Made by a program: the position numbers and the translations under genes
Part shown: positions 36,722 to 45,060 of the stretch, piece after piece
How positions within the stretch are numbered: the stretch's first letter is position 1
Layout of the letters: each line of letters starts with the position of its first letter
Notes under the pieces: model-generated
Databases searched by the model: none
Told to the model about the DNA's origin: nothing
What the model saw: only the letters and a program-made list of their open reading frames with translations
DNA from: a virus
Taxonomy: Duplodnaviria > Caudoviricetes
DNA length: 55,595 bases
Virus record (IMG/VR): IMGVR_UViG_3300003465_000007
Span: 1 to 55,595 of that record
Direction: 5' to 3' (one strand)

Positions 36722-36811
36722 AACAAAAAAGGGGCACGTCTCCCAAAGCTGGGAACGACGTGCCCCGATCGGATCGGACCCGAGGGCTGTTCAGCTAGGG
36801 GAATGGTATCA
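36722..36811 (-). promoter_or_regulatory. Late promoter/attenuator element, copy upstream of terS
   Basis: TGA-TACCAT-N13-C-AGCCCTCGGGTCCGATCCGATCGGGGC overlapping terminator plus T6. Confidence 0.85.
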
Positions 36812-37069
36812 CGCGACGGAGCGGGGGCCTCGCTTGGCGGGGAACCGTCCCTTGTAGCGGTAGCTCGGCGTCACGTTGAAGTCGAGCTCGCCGTCCTTGC
36901 AGTGGATGGTGATCTGGCACTGCTCGGGCTCGTTGATGCGGCGCGCCAGGTCCGGATGCCCCGCGATCATCGCCACCATCGCCGCGGCGCGTTCCTCAAC
37001 CATGACGGGCGACGCCCCGCCCACCTCCTTGACCTGCACCTTGGGTTCGCCAACGCCCCAATCTGACAA
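36809..37069 (-). CDS. 86-aa protein; candidate late regulator/antiterminator
   Basis: GGAGG RBS with TTG; helix, beta hairpin (QITIHCKDGELDF), basic tail; function inferred from position. Confidence 0.7.
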   Translation of the reverse strand: MSDWGVGEPKVQVKEVGGASPVMVEERAAAMVAMIAGHPDLARRINEPEQCQITIHCKDGELDFNVTPSYRYKGRFPAKRGPRSVA

Positions 37070-37232
37070 CTGGCCCTCCCTGTTCGTTACGACTATTACA
37101 AGCCGGTAACGATGGTTACGGGCGCATTCTACGCGATGGCAGGGGCGTGGCAGTCACCCCTCCCGACTGGCGAGACGCTTGGTCTGTCGGACCTCTTTGC
37201 GCCGCACGCCTTCCCGCTCGGCCTGGGCCCGC

Positions 37233-37508
37233 TCAGCGGTGGTTGGGCAACCCGGCCACGCACCAGGCGGCGACTAAGCGGCGGTCGCGCGGCGAGAGCC
37301 GCACCCCACAGACGGCATCGCAGATGCGACGGTACGCGATCACCGTCAGGAGGTAGGACCAGAGGTTGTACGCGGCCTCTGCCTGCAGGTACGGATCGCG
37401 GCTGGTCAGCACGACCTCGGCCACGTCCTCCGCGAGACTCCAGCGCTGGACGATTTCCGGGACGCCGGGGGTCTGCAAAAACCGGGTCGCTTGATCGGTC
37501 AGGGTCAC
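37233..37508 (-). CDS. Hypothetical protein
   Basis: GGAGGAG RBS, GTG start. Confidence 0.55.
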   Translation of the reverse strand: MTLTDQATRFLQTPGVPEIVQRWSLAEDVAEVVLTSRDPYLQAEAAYNLWSYLLTVIAYRRICDAVCGVRLSPRDRRLVAAWCVAGLPNHR

Positions 37509-37711
37509 GCTACTCCTCCGGTATCTGATCTTTCGGCAGTGGCCCGCCGGCGCTTGGCGAGCTGCCGGCAGGCGTTGGAACAGTAGGCCGCCCGCACGTT
37601 GCGGGCGCGGAACGCCGCGCCGCACTGGGCGCAGACGACCGGGTGCGGCTGGTTGGCCGAGGAGAGCGCCGCCAGCTGGCGGCCGAGCGTCGAGCGGTCC
37701 GGGTCAGACAC
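37505..37711 (-). CDS. Small treble-clef (CGNR-like) zinc-finger DNA-binding protein
   Basis: CAQCG..F......YCSNACRQ.A.RRR. Confidence 0.8.
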   Translation of the reverse strand: MSDPDRSTLGRQLAALSSANQPHPVVCAQCGAAFRARNVRAAYCSNACRQLAKRRRATAERSDTGGVA

Positions 37712-37964
37712 CGGGCGACCACGGACGGGGGTACGGCGGGTACGGGTGGGCGCAGTGCTCGCACCAGGCGCGGATGAACTCCTCGGCGGGGCGGCAGTCC
37801 GTGCAGACATCCCCATATGCCTTGCGCGCTGCGCCGCAGCAGCGGCACAGACGCGGCGTGGCGTAGAAGATGCGCATAGCGTCGGCGTCGGCACGGTCCT
37901 GGTTCGCCACGCCGTCCCAGAGCGAAGCGACCTGGCGCGGGAACCGATCGGGGCGATTGCTCAT
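37704..37964 (-). CDS. Cys-rich hypothetical protein
   Basis: AGGAG RBS; three CxxC. Confidence 0.65.
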   Translation of the reverse strand: MSNRPDRFPRQVASLWDGVANQDRADADAMRIFYATPRLCRCCGAARKAYGDVCTDCRPAEEFIRAWCEHCAHPYPPYPRPWSPGV

Positions 37965-37985
37965 GGTTGCTCTCCTCTCACGATT

Positions 37986-38360
37986 TCATTGGTCCCTCGG
38001 CGGCGCGACCTGCGCCAGGCTGGCGCAGCCGATCACCCGGCCCTCGCCGTCCCGGATCAGCTCGTCCGGGAAAAACAGGTCGCGACGGCTGGGCAGCGCC
38101 TGCGCGACCATCTGCGAGACGACCAGCGCCACCGCCGGGCGCTCCTCCGGCAGGTCGATGGCCGCGCCGAGGCGGGTCTCCCAGACCGGCAGCGGCACCC
38201 CGTCCGGCAGGGTGAGGCTGGGCGCCTGCACCCGGCGCACCTCCACCCGCGCGACGGTGCCCTCCGGCGGCAGGTGGCGGCGGCCCCCGTCCCAGATCAG
38301 GTCGATCTGGTGCGGGGTCAGGTTGAGCAGGTCAACGCGACTGGTGGTCAATGGGGCCAT
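37986..38360 (-). CDS. NLTPH-family protein; probable Crn4-like ring nuclease
   Basis: NLTPH, PP.G.VARV, DLP, VVS..VA, R.DL..P, RD.EGRVIGC; family link from recall. Confidence 0.6.
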   Translation of the reverse strand: MAPLTTSRVDLLNLTPHQIDLIWDGGRRHLPPEGTVARVEVRRVQAPSLTLPDGVPLPVWETRLGAAIDLPEERPAVALVVSQMVAQALPSRRDLFFPDELIRDGEGRVIGCASLAQVAPPRDQ

Positions 38361-38593
38361 CAGGACTCCGCCTCGATGCAGGCCAGCAATCCGTCGTAGA
38401 CCGCGCGCTTGACGCGAATCTCCTCCATTCCGAGGCGATCCGCCTCGGAATGGAGGAGATTCGCGTCAAGGGTCTCATCGACAAAGTGCCACACTGCATC
38501 CCCCACCTGGCTGGGGGATGTCTCCGCCAGGAATTGGGCAACCGTCTGGTTGCCCACAAACTGGTGCCATATCTGCGCGGGGGTTTCGGTCAT
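38360..38593 (-). CDS. Small acidic protein, first gene of accessory cassette
   Basis: GAGGAG RBS after consensus promoter. Confidence 0.7.
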   Translation of the reverse strand: MTETPAQIWHQFVGNQTVAQFLAETSPSQVGDAVWHFVDETLDANLLHSEADRLGMEEIRVKRAVYDGLLACIEAES

Positions 38594-38622
38594 CGTCCTC
38601 GCTCCTCACTTGGTGTACCTGG

Positions 38623-38651
38623 ATTATAAACGCTCCGCGCGGTTGTGTCAA
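38623..38651 (-). promoter_or_regulatory. Perfect-consensus sigma70 promoter
   Basis: TTGACA-17-TATAAT. Confidence 0.9.
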
Positions 38652-38974
38652 GGGTTTGGGCAGGGGATTTGCGAGATTGCTCGGAAATTGGGCGCGGTAT
38701 TGGGCGGGGCACGGTTCACCGGCGATCCCGCGCCGGCACGATGGCAGACGTAGAAGCCATCGGGCACCGGGCCGTTGGTCAACTCAAAGGCGACCACGTG
38801 CGCGGAAACGAGTTTCCGATCATGCAGGTAGAACTTGCCGTAGCCGCCGCCGTCGGTGCTCTTCGTCCACGGCCAACAGGGGCCGAGGTCGGGTCGGATG
38901 AGGGGGCCATCCTTGTTGACCTTGGACCAGAAGCGCGCGATGTCGCCCAGGGTATAGCTATACTGCGGTTGCAT
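38648..38974 (-). pseudogene. HNH endonuclease truncated at VCHR
   Basis: RFWSKVNKDGP..LGPCWPWT..GYG..AH...YVCHR then unrelated sequence. Confidence 0.8.
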
Positions 38975-38983
38975 ACGGACCAA

Positions 38984-39027
38984 TCCTCCGTGTGCCACGG
39001 TCGGGGCTGTTACCGCAGCGCCCGACC
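38984..39027 (-). ncRNA. Bulged leader hairpin upstream of HNH fragment
   Basis: GGTCGGG-C-GCTG-CGGTAA-CAGC-CCCGACC-GTGGCAC then GGAGG. Confidence 0.55.
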
Positions 39028-39056
39028 TTTCTGTGTGGCGTATACCACATATTGTA

Positions 39057-39467
39057 TCACTTTGAGTGAACATAGCCGCTCAAGGTGCGTTCACGATGTT
39101 CAGCATTAGTCCACCTGGCGCAGATAAGCCTGATCACAGACCGAAATTCGATTCGTTCCTCTGGACTTAAGCTCATATCGTTCAGCACGTCGGCGCAGGC
39201 CTGCAGGGCGTCGTCCCAGGAGCCGAGCTGGACGACCGACATCGGCGCATAGCCGGCCGCCACCAGCAGCCGATTCCGCTCCGGGATCGAGAGACGCAGC
39301 GCACGCGCGAGCGCCTCGACGATGTGCTGGCGCGGAGGCTCCCGGTCGCCGTGCTCGATGCGGGTCAGGTACGAGGGGTCGACTCCAACCTCATGGGCGA
39401 GGGCGTTGCGGGATCGAACCGCGCGCTCGCGGAATGACCTCAGCATGGTGGGAAAGTCGTCACGCAT
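39057..39467 (-). CDS. XRE HTH transcriptional regulator
   Basis: SRNALAHEVGVDPSYLTRIEHGDREPP. Confidence 0.9.
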   Translation of the reverse strand: MRDDFPTMLRSFRERAVRSRNALAHEVGVDPSYLTRIEHGDREPPRQHIVEALARALRLSIPERNRLLVAAGYAPMSVVQLGSWDDALQACADVLNDMSLSPEERIEFRSVIRLICARWTNAEHRERTLSGYVHSK

Positions 39468-39489
39468 TCGAATCACCTCTCTCGCTTGG

Positions 39490-39870
39490 CTACTTGAGCG
39501 CCTGCCGCGGCACGCCAGTCAGCTCCCATTTGGGTGGGCCGAACGGCGGCGCCGCAGCGCGGACCAACCGCACCGTTCCCTGTTTCTTGAGATCGCCCAG
39601 GCGACACGTCACCGCATGACGCGAAGACACCCTCCCTACCGCCTCCCACAATTGAGCGGAGGTCATCGGCTGGGCTTGAAGCTGCTCGATCAGCAGATCC
39701 GGCAATGGCCGATCGTCGTCGATTCGATCATCCGCCATGGGCACCGGGGGTAGCCCCGCCTGGGTGAGCACCCGCTCCAGCCGCTCCACGAACCGGCCTA
39801 GCATGACCGCCTCCGGGAGACTCCAGCGGTAGGACTGCCACATCCAACGGGCGGTTGATTCCGGCATCAT
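39490..39870 (-). CDS. Winged-helix-like protein
   Basis: PMTS.QL...RL.DL.K.G.V...PKWEL. Confidence 0.55.
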   Translation of the reverse strand: MMPESTARWMWQSYRWSLPEAVMLGRFVERLERVLTQAGLPPVPMADDRIDDDRPLPDLLIEQLQAQPMTSAQLWEAVGRVSSRHAVTCRLGDLKKQGTVRLVRAAAPPFGPPKWELTGVPRQALK

Positions 39871-40223
39871 GACTCACGCTCCACGCTCACCCATTCCACG
39901 ATCGGTTCCAGCGGTGGTCGACCTCGTACGGCTCGCAGACGATTGGTCAGTTGGAACTGCTCTTCCGACTTCTGTTCCAGGTCGTATCCGGTTGGCATGC
40001 CGTGCGTGAGCCACTGGTAGAGTTCCTCCTGGTTGTCTAAGCAGGCATCGACCGCGGCGGTGAGGCGGTCGATCTCACCGAACAAGATCCTCCAGGGAGA
40101 TCCATAGTCCACTTGAATGCGGCTAACCTCGGCACTCAGGTCTGCCCCCAAGAACTCCCCGGAAAGCCACCGCCGAACGATTTCCAGGTCTGCGGCTCCG
40201 ATCCGCCCTGCGCCCTCGCTCAT
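39867..40223 (-). CDS. Hypothetical protein
   Basis: Coupled ORF. Confidence 0.6.
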   Translation of the reverse strand: MSEGAGRIGAADLEIVRRWLSGEFLGADLSAEVSRIQVDYGSPWRILFGEIDRLTAAVDACLDNQEELYQWLTHGMPTGYDLEQKSEEQFQLTNRLRAVRGRPPLEPIVEWVSVERES

Positions 40224-40615
40224 GTCAACTCCTCGATCTCAATCACGGTCATCGTTTTCCCTCGTAAGGTCTGAGCACTTACCTGCAGCTCCAGGCGATC
40301 CGAGTTGTCATCGACCAGGACGCCATACTCCACCAGCTCATCAATCAGCGGCTTCGCCAGTCCGGCCAGGCCGTCCGGGTCACGCCGACGTGCGGTTGGA
40401 TAGTGGAATCGCACCTTCAGCCGCGCCTGAGCGAGTGGTCCGCCTCGCACATACCCGCCGAACTCCTTGCTGAGTGCAGCGCGGAGTATCAGCCGCGCCT
40501 CACTCTGCAACCGCACGATCTCGCTCCAGTGCGCCCGACGGCGTCCGTTCAGGCTGAGCGTTGAGTCCGGCACGTAGTCGTGTAGGTAGATGGTCCAGTG
40601 GCGCGGATCAGCCAT
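40220..40615 (-). CDS. RusA-like Holliday junction resolvase
   Basis: SLN, RRRDPD...K..ID.L...GVLVDDN. Confidence 0.8.
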   Translation of the reverse strand: MADPRHWTIYLHDYVPDSTLSLNGRRRAHWSEIVRLQSEARLILRAALSKEFGGYVRGGPLAQARLKVRFHYPTARRRDPDGLAGLAKPLIDELVEYGVLVDDNSDRLELQVSAQTLRGKTMTVIEIEELT

Positions 40616-41105
40616 AGCGCACCAGCTCCCGTGCGTACGGGACATACAACGGATGGATGGGTGCCCCGTCCCGATTGATGCCGAGACACCGGAGGTCAAG
40701 CCGCTCCAACCCCGCGAAACGCTCCAGGACCTGGCGCGCGCGCTCGCGAGCTGTGCGGTCCGATCCCCAACCCACCAGCACCACGTCCGCAAAGGCGGCC
40801 TCTTCGATCAGATACCCGTCGTTCAGCGGACCCACCGGATCCGGATGCGTGGCCAGCGCCCGGGGATCGGTGGACCGCAGAGCGTACAGATTCGTGACCA
40901 CGAGACTGCCGAAGCCGCCCCGCCGAGCCCGCTCCAGCACCCGCGTGATGGTGGGGTCGTTCTGGATGGCGTCGGCGGTGCTGGGATTGAGGCCGACGAA
41001 GTTGAGTCGCGGCCTAGCCTGATCCCACACCCGGACCAGCGTATAGCGATAGGTTCCGCAGTCCGAGAACAAGGCAGTGGAGGTCAAGCCTTCGAGGGGC
41101 AGCAT
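40608..41105 (-). CDS. DUF1643 family protein
   Basis: YRY.L.R.W, LNPSTAD...DPT, NLYA.R.TDP, HPLY. Confidence 0.9.
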   Translation of the reverse strand: MLPLEGLTSTALFSDCGTYRYTLVRVWDQARPRLNFVGLNPSTADAIQNDPTITRVLERARRGGFGSLVVTNLYALRSTDPRALATHPDPVGPLNDGYLIEEAAFADVVLVGWGSDRTARERARQVLERFAGLERLDLRCLGINRDGAPIHPLYVPYARELVRYG

Positions 41106-41722
41106 CAGGCCAACACCGCCTGTCGGTTGACCTGGTCCAACCAGTCGTACACCTGTGGCAAGTTGCGGTCCGGGCCGAACTTCACGAACGTGCCATCAGC
41201 GCTATCGAACGAACTGACTTGCGTCGCTTGTAGCCGTCGGAGCGAATTGACGCGCCCTCGATGGGTCCATTTGCCCCGAGCCTGTGCCGCGGACACTATG
41301 GCGCTCGCAGACGTGCTCAACTGCCATTCGTCCGGACCGCCGAGGAAGAGACAGTCGAACTCACACCAGGGCATATCGTCAATTGAGACACCGGGCTGGG
41401 CCACCAGCGCCGCCCGGAATCCGAACTGGCGGATGGTGGGCAGTACCGATCTAGAGCGGGTCATCGTCGCGGGCCCGTCGCCGAAAACATCGGGCGCGAC
41501 CACGAACAGACACCGCTCTCGGAAGCGACGCAGGGAGGCAACCCACTCCAGCCAGTCGCCGACGTCGAATCGCTCGCCCTGGGCAAAGCAGCCATTATCA
41601 GCTGCGAAGGGGAGCCACTTGAGGTCGACCAGGTTACCCATGCCTGGTTGCAGCATCACTCCCAAGTCCGGCCGGGGATTCGCGAGCATGGTTTGCGTAA
41701 TGGCCCCGCTCAGGTAGATCAC
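41105..41722 (-). CDS. DpdA/TGT-like 7-deazaguanine DNA transglycosylase
   Basis: ADNGCF, APDV.GD, AQ.G, LFLGG, H.GRVNS.RR, DSADGT; adjacent to VUT transporter. Confidence 0.7.
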   Translation of the reverse strand: MIYLSGAITQTMLANPRPDLGVMLQPGMGNLVDLKWLPFAADNGCFAQGERFDVGDWLEWVASLRRFRERCLFVVAPDVFGDGPATMTRSRSVLPTIRQFGFRAALVAQPGVSIDDMPWCEFDCLFLGGPDEWQLSTSASAIVSAAQARGKWTHRGRVNSLRRLQATQVSSFDSADGTFVKFGPDRNLPQVYDWLDQVNRQAVLA

Positions 41723-42210
41723 GCGAACCGCCTCCGCATCTGCGACCGCCACATCCACAGCAGCGCGACCGCCAGCAGCGTCACCCAGACCTTGCCCACC
41801 ACCTGCCCGGGCAGGAACTCGAGCGAGTCGAAGGCCAGCATTAAGAACAGCGCCGAATCGATCACCAACCCCACCGCATTGGAGGCGAGCACCGCGGCGG
41901 TCCAATTGCGCTCGCGGAGCGGCGTGTATACCGCGAAGTCGGCCAACTCGGAGACGAGGAAGGCGGTCCCGCTGGCCAGGGCGAAGGACGGCGAGACGAA
42001 CGCCGAGAGCGCGGCCCCGATGCCGATAGCCAGCAGCACCATGCGGCGGCCGAGCTGCTCTTGCACCAGGTCGCGCAGGGTGAAGGCAAGGCCCGCGAAG
42101 TAGACGCCCGCGGGTGCCAGGAGCCCGAAACCCACCGGCACCAGCCCGATGGTGGAGATAGCCCAGTTGGCGGCCAGAATGGTGCCGATGTAGCCGGCGA
42201 ATGCGATCAT
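41719..42210 (-). CDS. VUT/YhhQ-family queuosine-precursor transporter
   Basis: AAN, F.LRD.VQ, ALAS..AF.VSE.AD..VY, IDS.LF..AF, GQ..GK; multi-TM. Confidence 0.88.
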   Translation of the reverse strand: MIAFAGYIGTILAANWAISTIGLVPVGFGLLAPAGVYFAGLAFTLRDLVQEQLGRRMVLLAIGIGAALSAFVSPSFALASGTAFLVSELADFAVYTPLRERNWTAAVLASNAVGLVIDSALFLMLAFDSLEFLPGQVVGKVWVTLLAVALLWMWRSQMRRRFA

Positions 42211-42575
42211 GCGTCCTCCAACAGCAGCGCTTGCGCCACGCCCTCGCCGACGATTTGCGTCACGAGCTGGTCACCGCGCAGCTCGTTGCCGTCCCACCCC
42301 TGAGGCCACGCCTCCGCGGCGATCAACTCTTCGATGCGGGCAAGCTCTTCGGGATTGATCAACACGACGGGCGGATGGCCGCCTGCCGTGGCGATGGCCC
42401 CGACCTCGTTCTGGATATCCAGAATGGCGTCCCGCACGTGGCGCTGCCGACGGGTGAGCTTGACCTTGCGCTTCCCACAGTGAGCGCAGTACTCGGGCTT
42501 CTCCACCGACACGCGCGTCTCTTCCTCACACCAGCCACACCAGATCGCGCGGTAGCGCAGGTCTTCATTCAGCAT
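42207..42575 (-). CDS. Zn-ribbon hypothetical protein
   Basis: CGWC...CAHCG. Confidence 0.6.
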   Translation of the reverse strand: MLNEDLRYRAIWCGWCEEETRVSVEKPEYCAHCGKRKVKLTRRQRHVRDAILDIQNEVGAIATAGGHPPVVLINPEELARIEELIAAEAWPQGWDGNELRGDQLVTQIVGEGVAQALLLEDA

Positions 42576-44446
42576 CAGCGGTCCCCCAGAATTGAGGTGA
42601 CCAGCGCTTCCGCGGTGTGACAGGCCACCGCATTGCCGATCTGCTTCGTGACCTCCCCCGCTGTCCCCGTGAACTCATAGACCTGCTCGACGTCGTCGAA
42701 TCCCATCGCGCGCGCGAGCTCCCGGTTGGAGAGCATGCGGAACCGGATGTCCAGCCGATAGGGCGCGCCGTTGATGAGCACGAGCTGCTCGGGCGGAACG
42801 TCGCCGACGGCCGGCTCTGCGAATGGCTCCACGACCGCCATGGTCTGCTTCGTCACCACGGTGGGCAGCGGATCCTCCACTGACCGGGCGCACAGGCCAT
42901 TGCTGCCGGTCTGATCGGTCTGCAGCAGGATCGGCTCCACCAGCGCACCCGCCCCGTGGCTTGTCACCGCGGGGAGTGGATCCTCGAGGGCGTGCACGCG
43001 AGGCGCCTGGCCAGGCGCCTCGCTGAAGTTGGGCACGATGAACGGCTGCACCAGGTAGCCTGCGCCGCGCCCGACGACGGTCGGCACGGGTTGATCGACA
43101 CTGCGCGCGGGTGTCCCGCCCTCGCTGCTGCTGAACCGCGAGAGCACGAACGGCTCCGGGCAGGGCAGACACACCGGCTCGCACAGCCCGAAGCGGTCCT
43201 TGGTGGTCACCGTGGGGAGCGGCTTCTCGACCGAGGTCGGCGAGCTGGTCCCGTAGTACGGCGCAATCATGGGGTTGATCAGGGCGATCGCGCCGCCCGT
43301 GGCAATCGTGGGAATCGGCTCATCGGTCGACCGCGGCGCGGATCCGCTTTGCTGCCCCAGCACGAACGGCTCCGCCACCGGTTCGACCAGGTACATCGCA
43401 GGTACGGTTGTGATGGTCTGGAGCGGCTCGTCAACCCCGCGTGGAAGATTGTTCTCTCGCGCGACCTGGATGAACGGCTCTGCGGTCGGCCCCACCATGA
43501 CCACGCCTCCACCGGGGGCCGTGGTCATGGTGGGGATCGGCTCGGTCACTGGACGCGGCACGTTGTGCTCACGGTTCACGAAGATGAACGGCTGCGGGTC
43601 GCCACTCGACGACTCCCCATCTTCGGGAGGCAAATCGAGCAGGCGGATGTAAAGCGGCGCCAGGGGTCCGCCGAACTTCGCGAGGCCTCGCGCGATGCGG
43701 AGCCGAGTCTTGAGAGAGAGCGGACGCTTGCGGTCCAGGAGCGAGCGTCCTAGGTTGCTCCAGTCGATGATCTCCCGTGCTGCTCGCCAGCGCGGCCGCT
43801 CGCCGAACAGGTCGGAGGATCCGGACGGGGAATGCGACGGCTCCGGCCAGCGAATCGGGGCCCCGTCTTTACGTGCCTGCAAGAAGAACCTGGTCCGCGT
43901 GGTGGCATCGCCGTAGTCGGCTGCGTTCAGCATGCGCCAGTCGACGTCGTACCCCAGCTCGGCGAGGGCCTTGATCCACGCCTGGAAGTACAGCCCCTTC
44001 CGCGCCTTGTCGGTCTTGCCGTCCGCGGTGAGTGGTCCCCAAGTCACGAACTCTGCGACGTTCTCGACCAGGATGCACCTGATATCGAGGGTGGTCGCCC
44101 AGTGCTGGACGTGCCAGGCGCTCATGCGGGACTGATCGTTGACGGGTTTGCCACCTCTCGCGCGGCTAAAGAAAGTGCACTCCGGGGACGCCATCAGCAG
44201 ATCGAGGCTGCCATCGGGCACCAGGTCCTCGGGGCGTGCGGCGTCCAGGTTGACGCAGAAGTGCCGAGCGTGGCGGTGGTTGCGGCTGTGCGTGGCGATC
44301 GCCACGTCCCAATGATTGACCGCGCAAAGGTCGACTTCGCCGCCCATCGCCTCGATCGCACGAATGGCGCCAGTGCTCGAACCGCCAGCTCCGCAGAACA
44401 AATCGCAGATGCGGTAGGTGGTCACGCGGTCCTCCGAAACACCCAC
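42575..44446 (-). CDS. DNA cytosine-5 methyltransferase with repeated xPLPTxT units
   Basis: DLFCGAGG, SPEC, ENV, AADYG..T.R.R, QIGNAV. Confidence 0.95.
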   Translation of the reverse strand: MGVSEDRVTTYRICDLFCGAGGSSTGAIRAIEAMGGEVDLCAVNHWDVAIATHSRNHRHARHFCVNLDAARPEDLVPDGSLDLLMASPECTFFSRARGGKPVNDQSRMSAWHVQHWATTLDIRCILVENVAEFVTWGPLTADGKTDKARKGLYFQAWIKALAELGYDVDWRMLNAADYGDATTRTRFFLQARKDGAPIRWPEPSHSPSGSSDLFGERPRWRAAREIIDWSNLGRSLLDRKRPLSLKTRLRIARGLAKFGGPLAPLYIRLLDLPPEDGESSSGDPQPFIFVNREHNVPRPVTEPIPTMTTAPGGGVVMVGPTAEPFIQVARENNLPRGVDEPLQTITTVPAMYLVEPVAEPFVLGQQSGSAPRSTDEPIPTIATGGAIALINPMIAPYYGTSSPTSVEKPLPTVTTKDRFGLCEPVCLPCPEPFVLSRFSSSEGGTPARSVDQPVPTVVGRGAGYLVQPFIVPNFSEAPGQAPRVHALEDPLPAVTSHGAGALVEPILLQTDQTGSNGLCARSVEDPLPTVVTKQTMAVVEPFAEPAVGDVPPEQLVLINGAPYRLDIRFRMLSNRELARAMGFDDVEQVYEFTGTAGEVTKQIGNAVACHTAEALVTSILGDR

Positions 44447-45060
44447 AAGTAGCTGTGGTTCTTGCGTGCGTGAAGCTGCCGTTTCACCTGCAGGGCGGCC
44501 GCGCTGCGCACCAGCACGAAGAGGTCGACCGCCTGGAAGCCCAGTTGGAGGCCGGCCTCGTACACCTCCAGGTGGGCCCAGCGCTGCCTTCCACTCTCGA
44601 TCTCATCCTGGCACTTGACCCAGAGCAATCCTCCCATCACCAGCACCCGGCGCGCTTCGGCCATTCCATCGCGATAGAGCTGCACGATGTCGTCGTGCGA
44701 CAGGCCCGGAGTCGTTTCCGCATTCCGGTAGCGATCCTCCACCTGCGGATGGCCAGGGTTGTGCATGTAGGGCGGGTCCAGCACCAGGACGTCCAAGGAT
44801 GCGTCGCCGTACGGCAGGCGACGAAAGTCAATCCCATCCATGGCCAGATCCGAGGCGAAAAACTGCATCTCCGACAGATCGACCTTCTGCCAGAACACCC
44901 CGCGACCGTAGGTCACATCGGCGATGCGCATGCCCGGCTTCACGTAGAGCCGCGCAGCCTCCGCGATCAGGTCCGGGTTCGAACCGAGCTGGGCGCTGTA
45001 GACCGGCGCGGTCGCCGGGCAGATGACTTGCGCCTGCCCCCACAGGGCGGTCTGGATCAC
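44422..45060 (-). CDS. Small amino-type DNA methyltransferase
   Basis: DVTYGRG.FW, DFRRLP, LDPPY. Confidence 0.8.
   Translation of the reverse strand: MIQTALWGQAQVICPATAPVYSAQLGSNPDLIAEAARLYVKPGMRIADVTYGRGVFWQKVDLSEMQFFASDLAMDGIDFRRLPYGDASLDVLVLDPPYMHNPGHPQVEDRYRNAETTPGLSHDDIVQLYRDGMAEARRVLVMGGLLWVKCQDEIESGRQRWAHLEVYEAGLQLGFQAVDLFVLVRSAAALQVKRQLHARKNHSYLWVFRRTA

Noticed and set aside
42700-43600. Repeated xPLPTxT units in the C5 methyltransferase as a novelty
   Set aside because: A familiar feature of large phage cytosine methyltransferases
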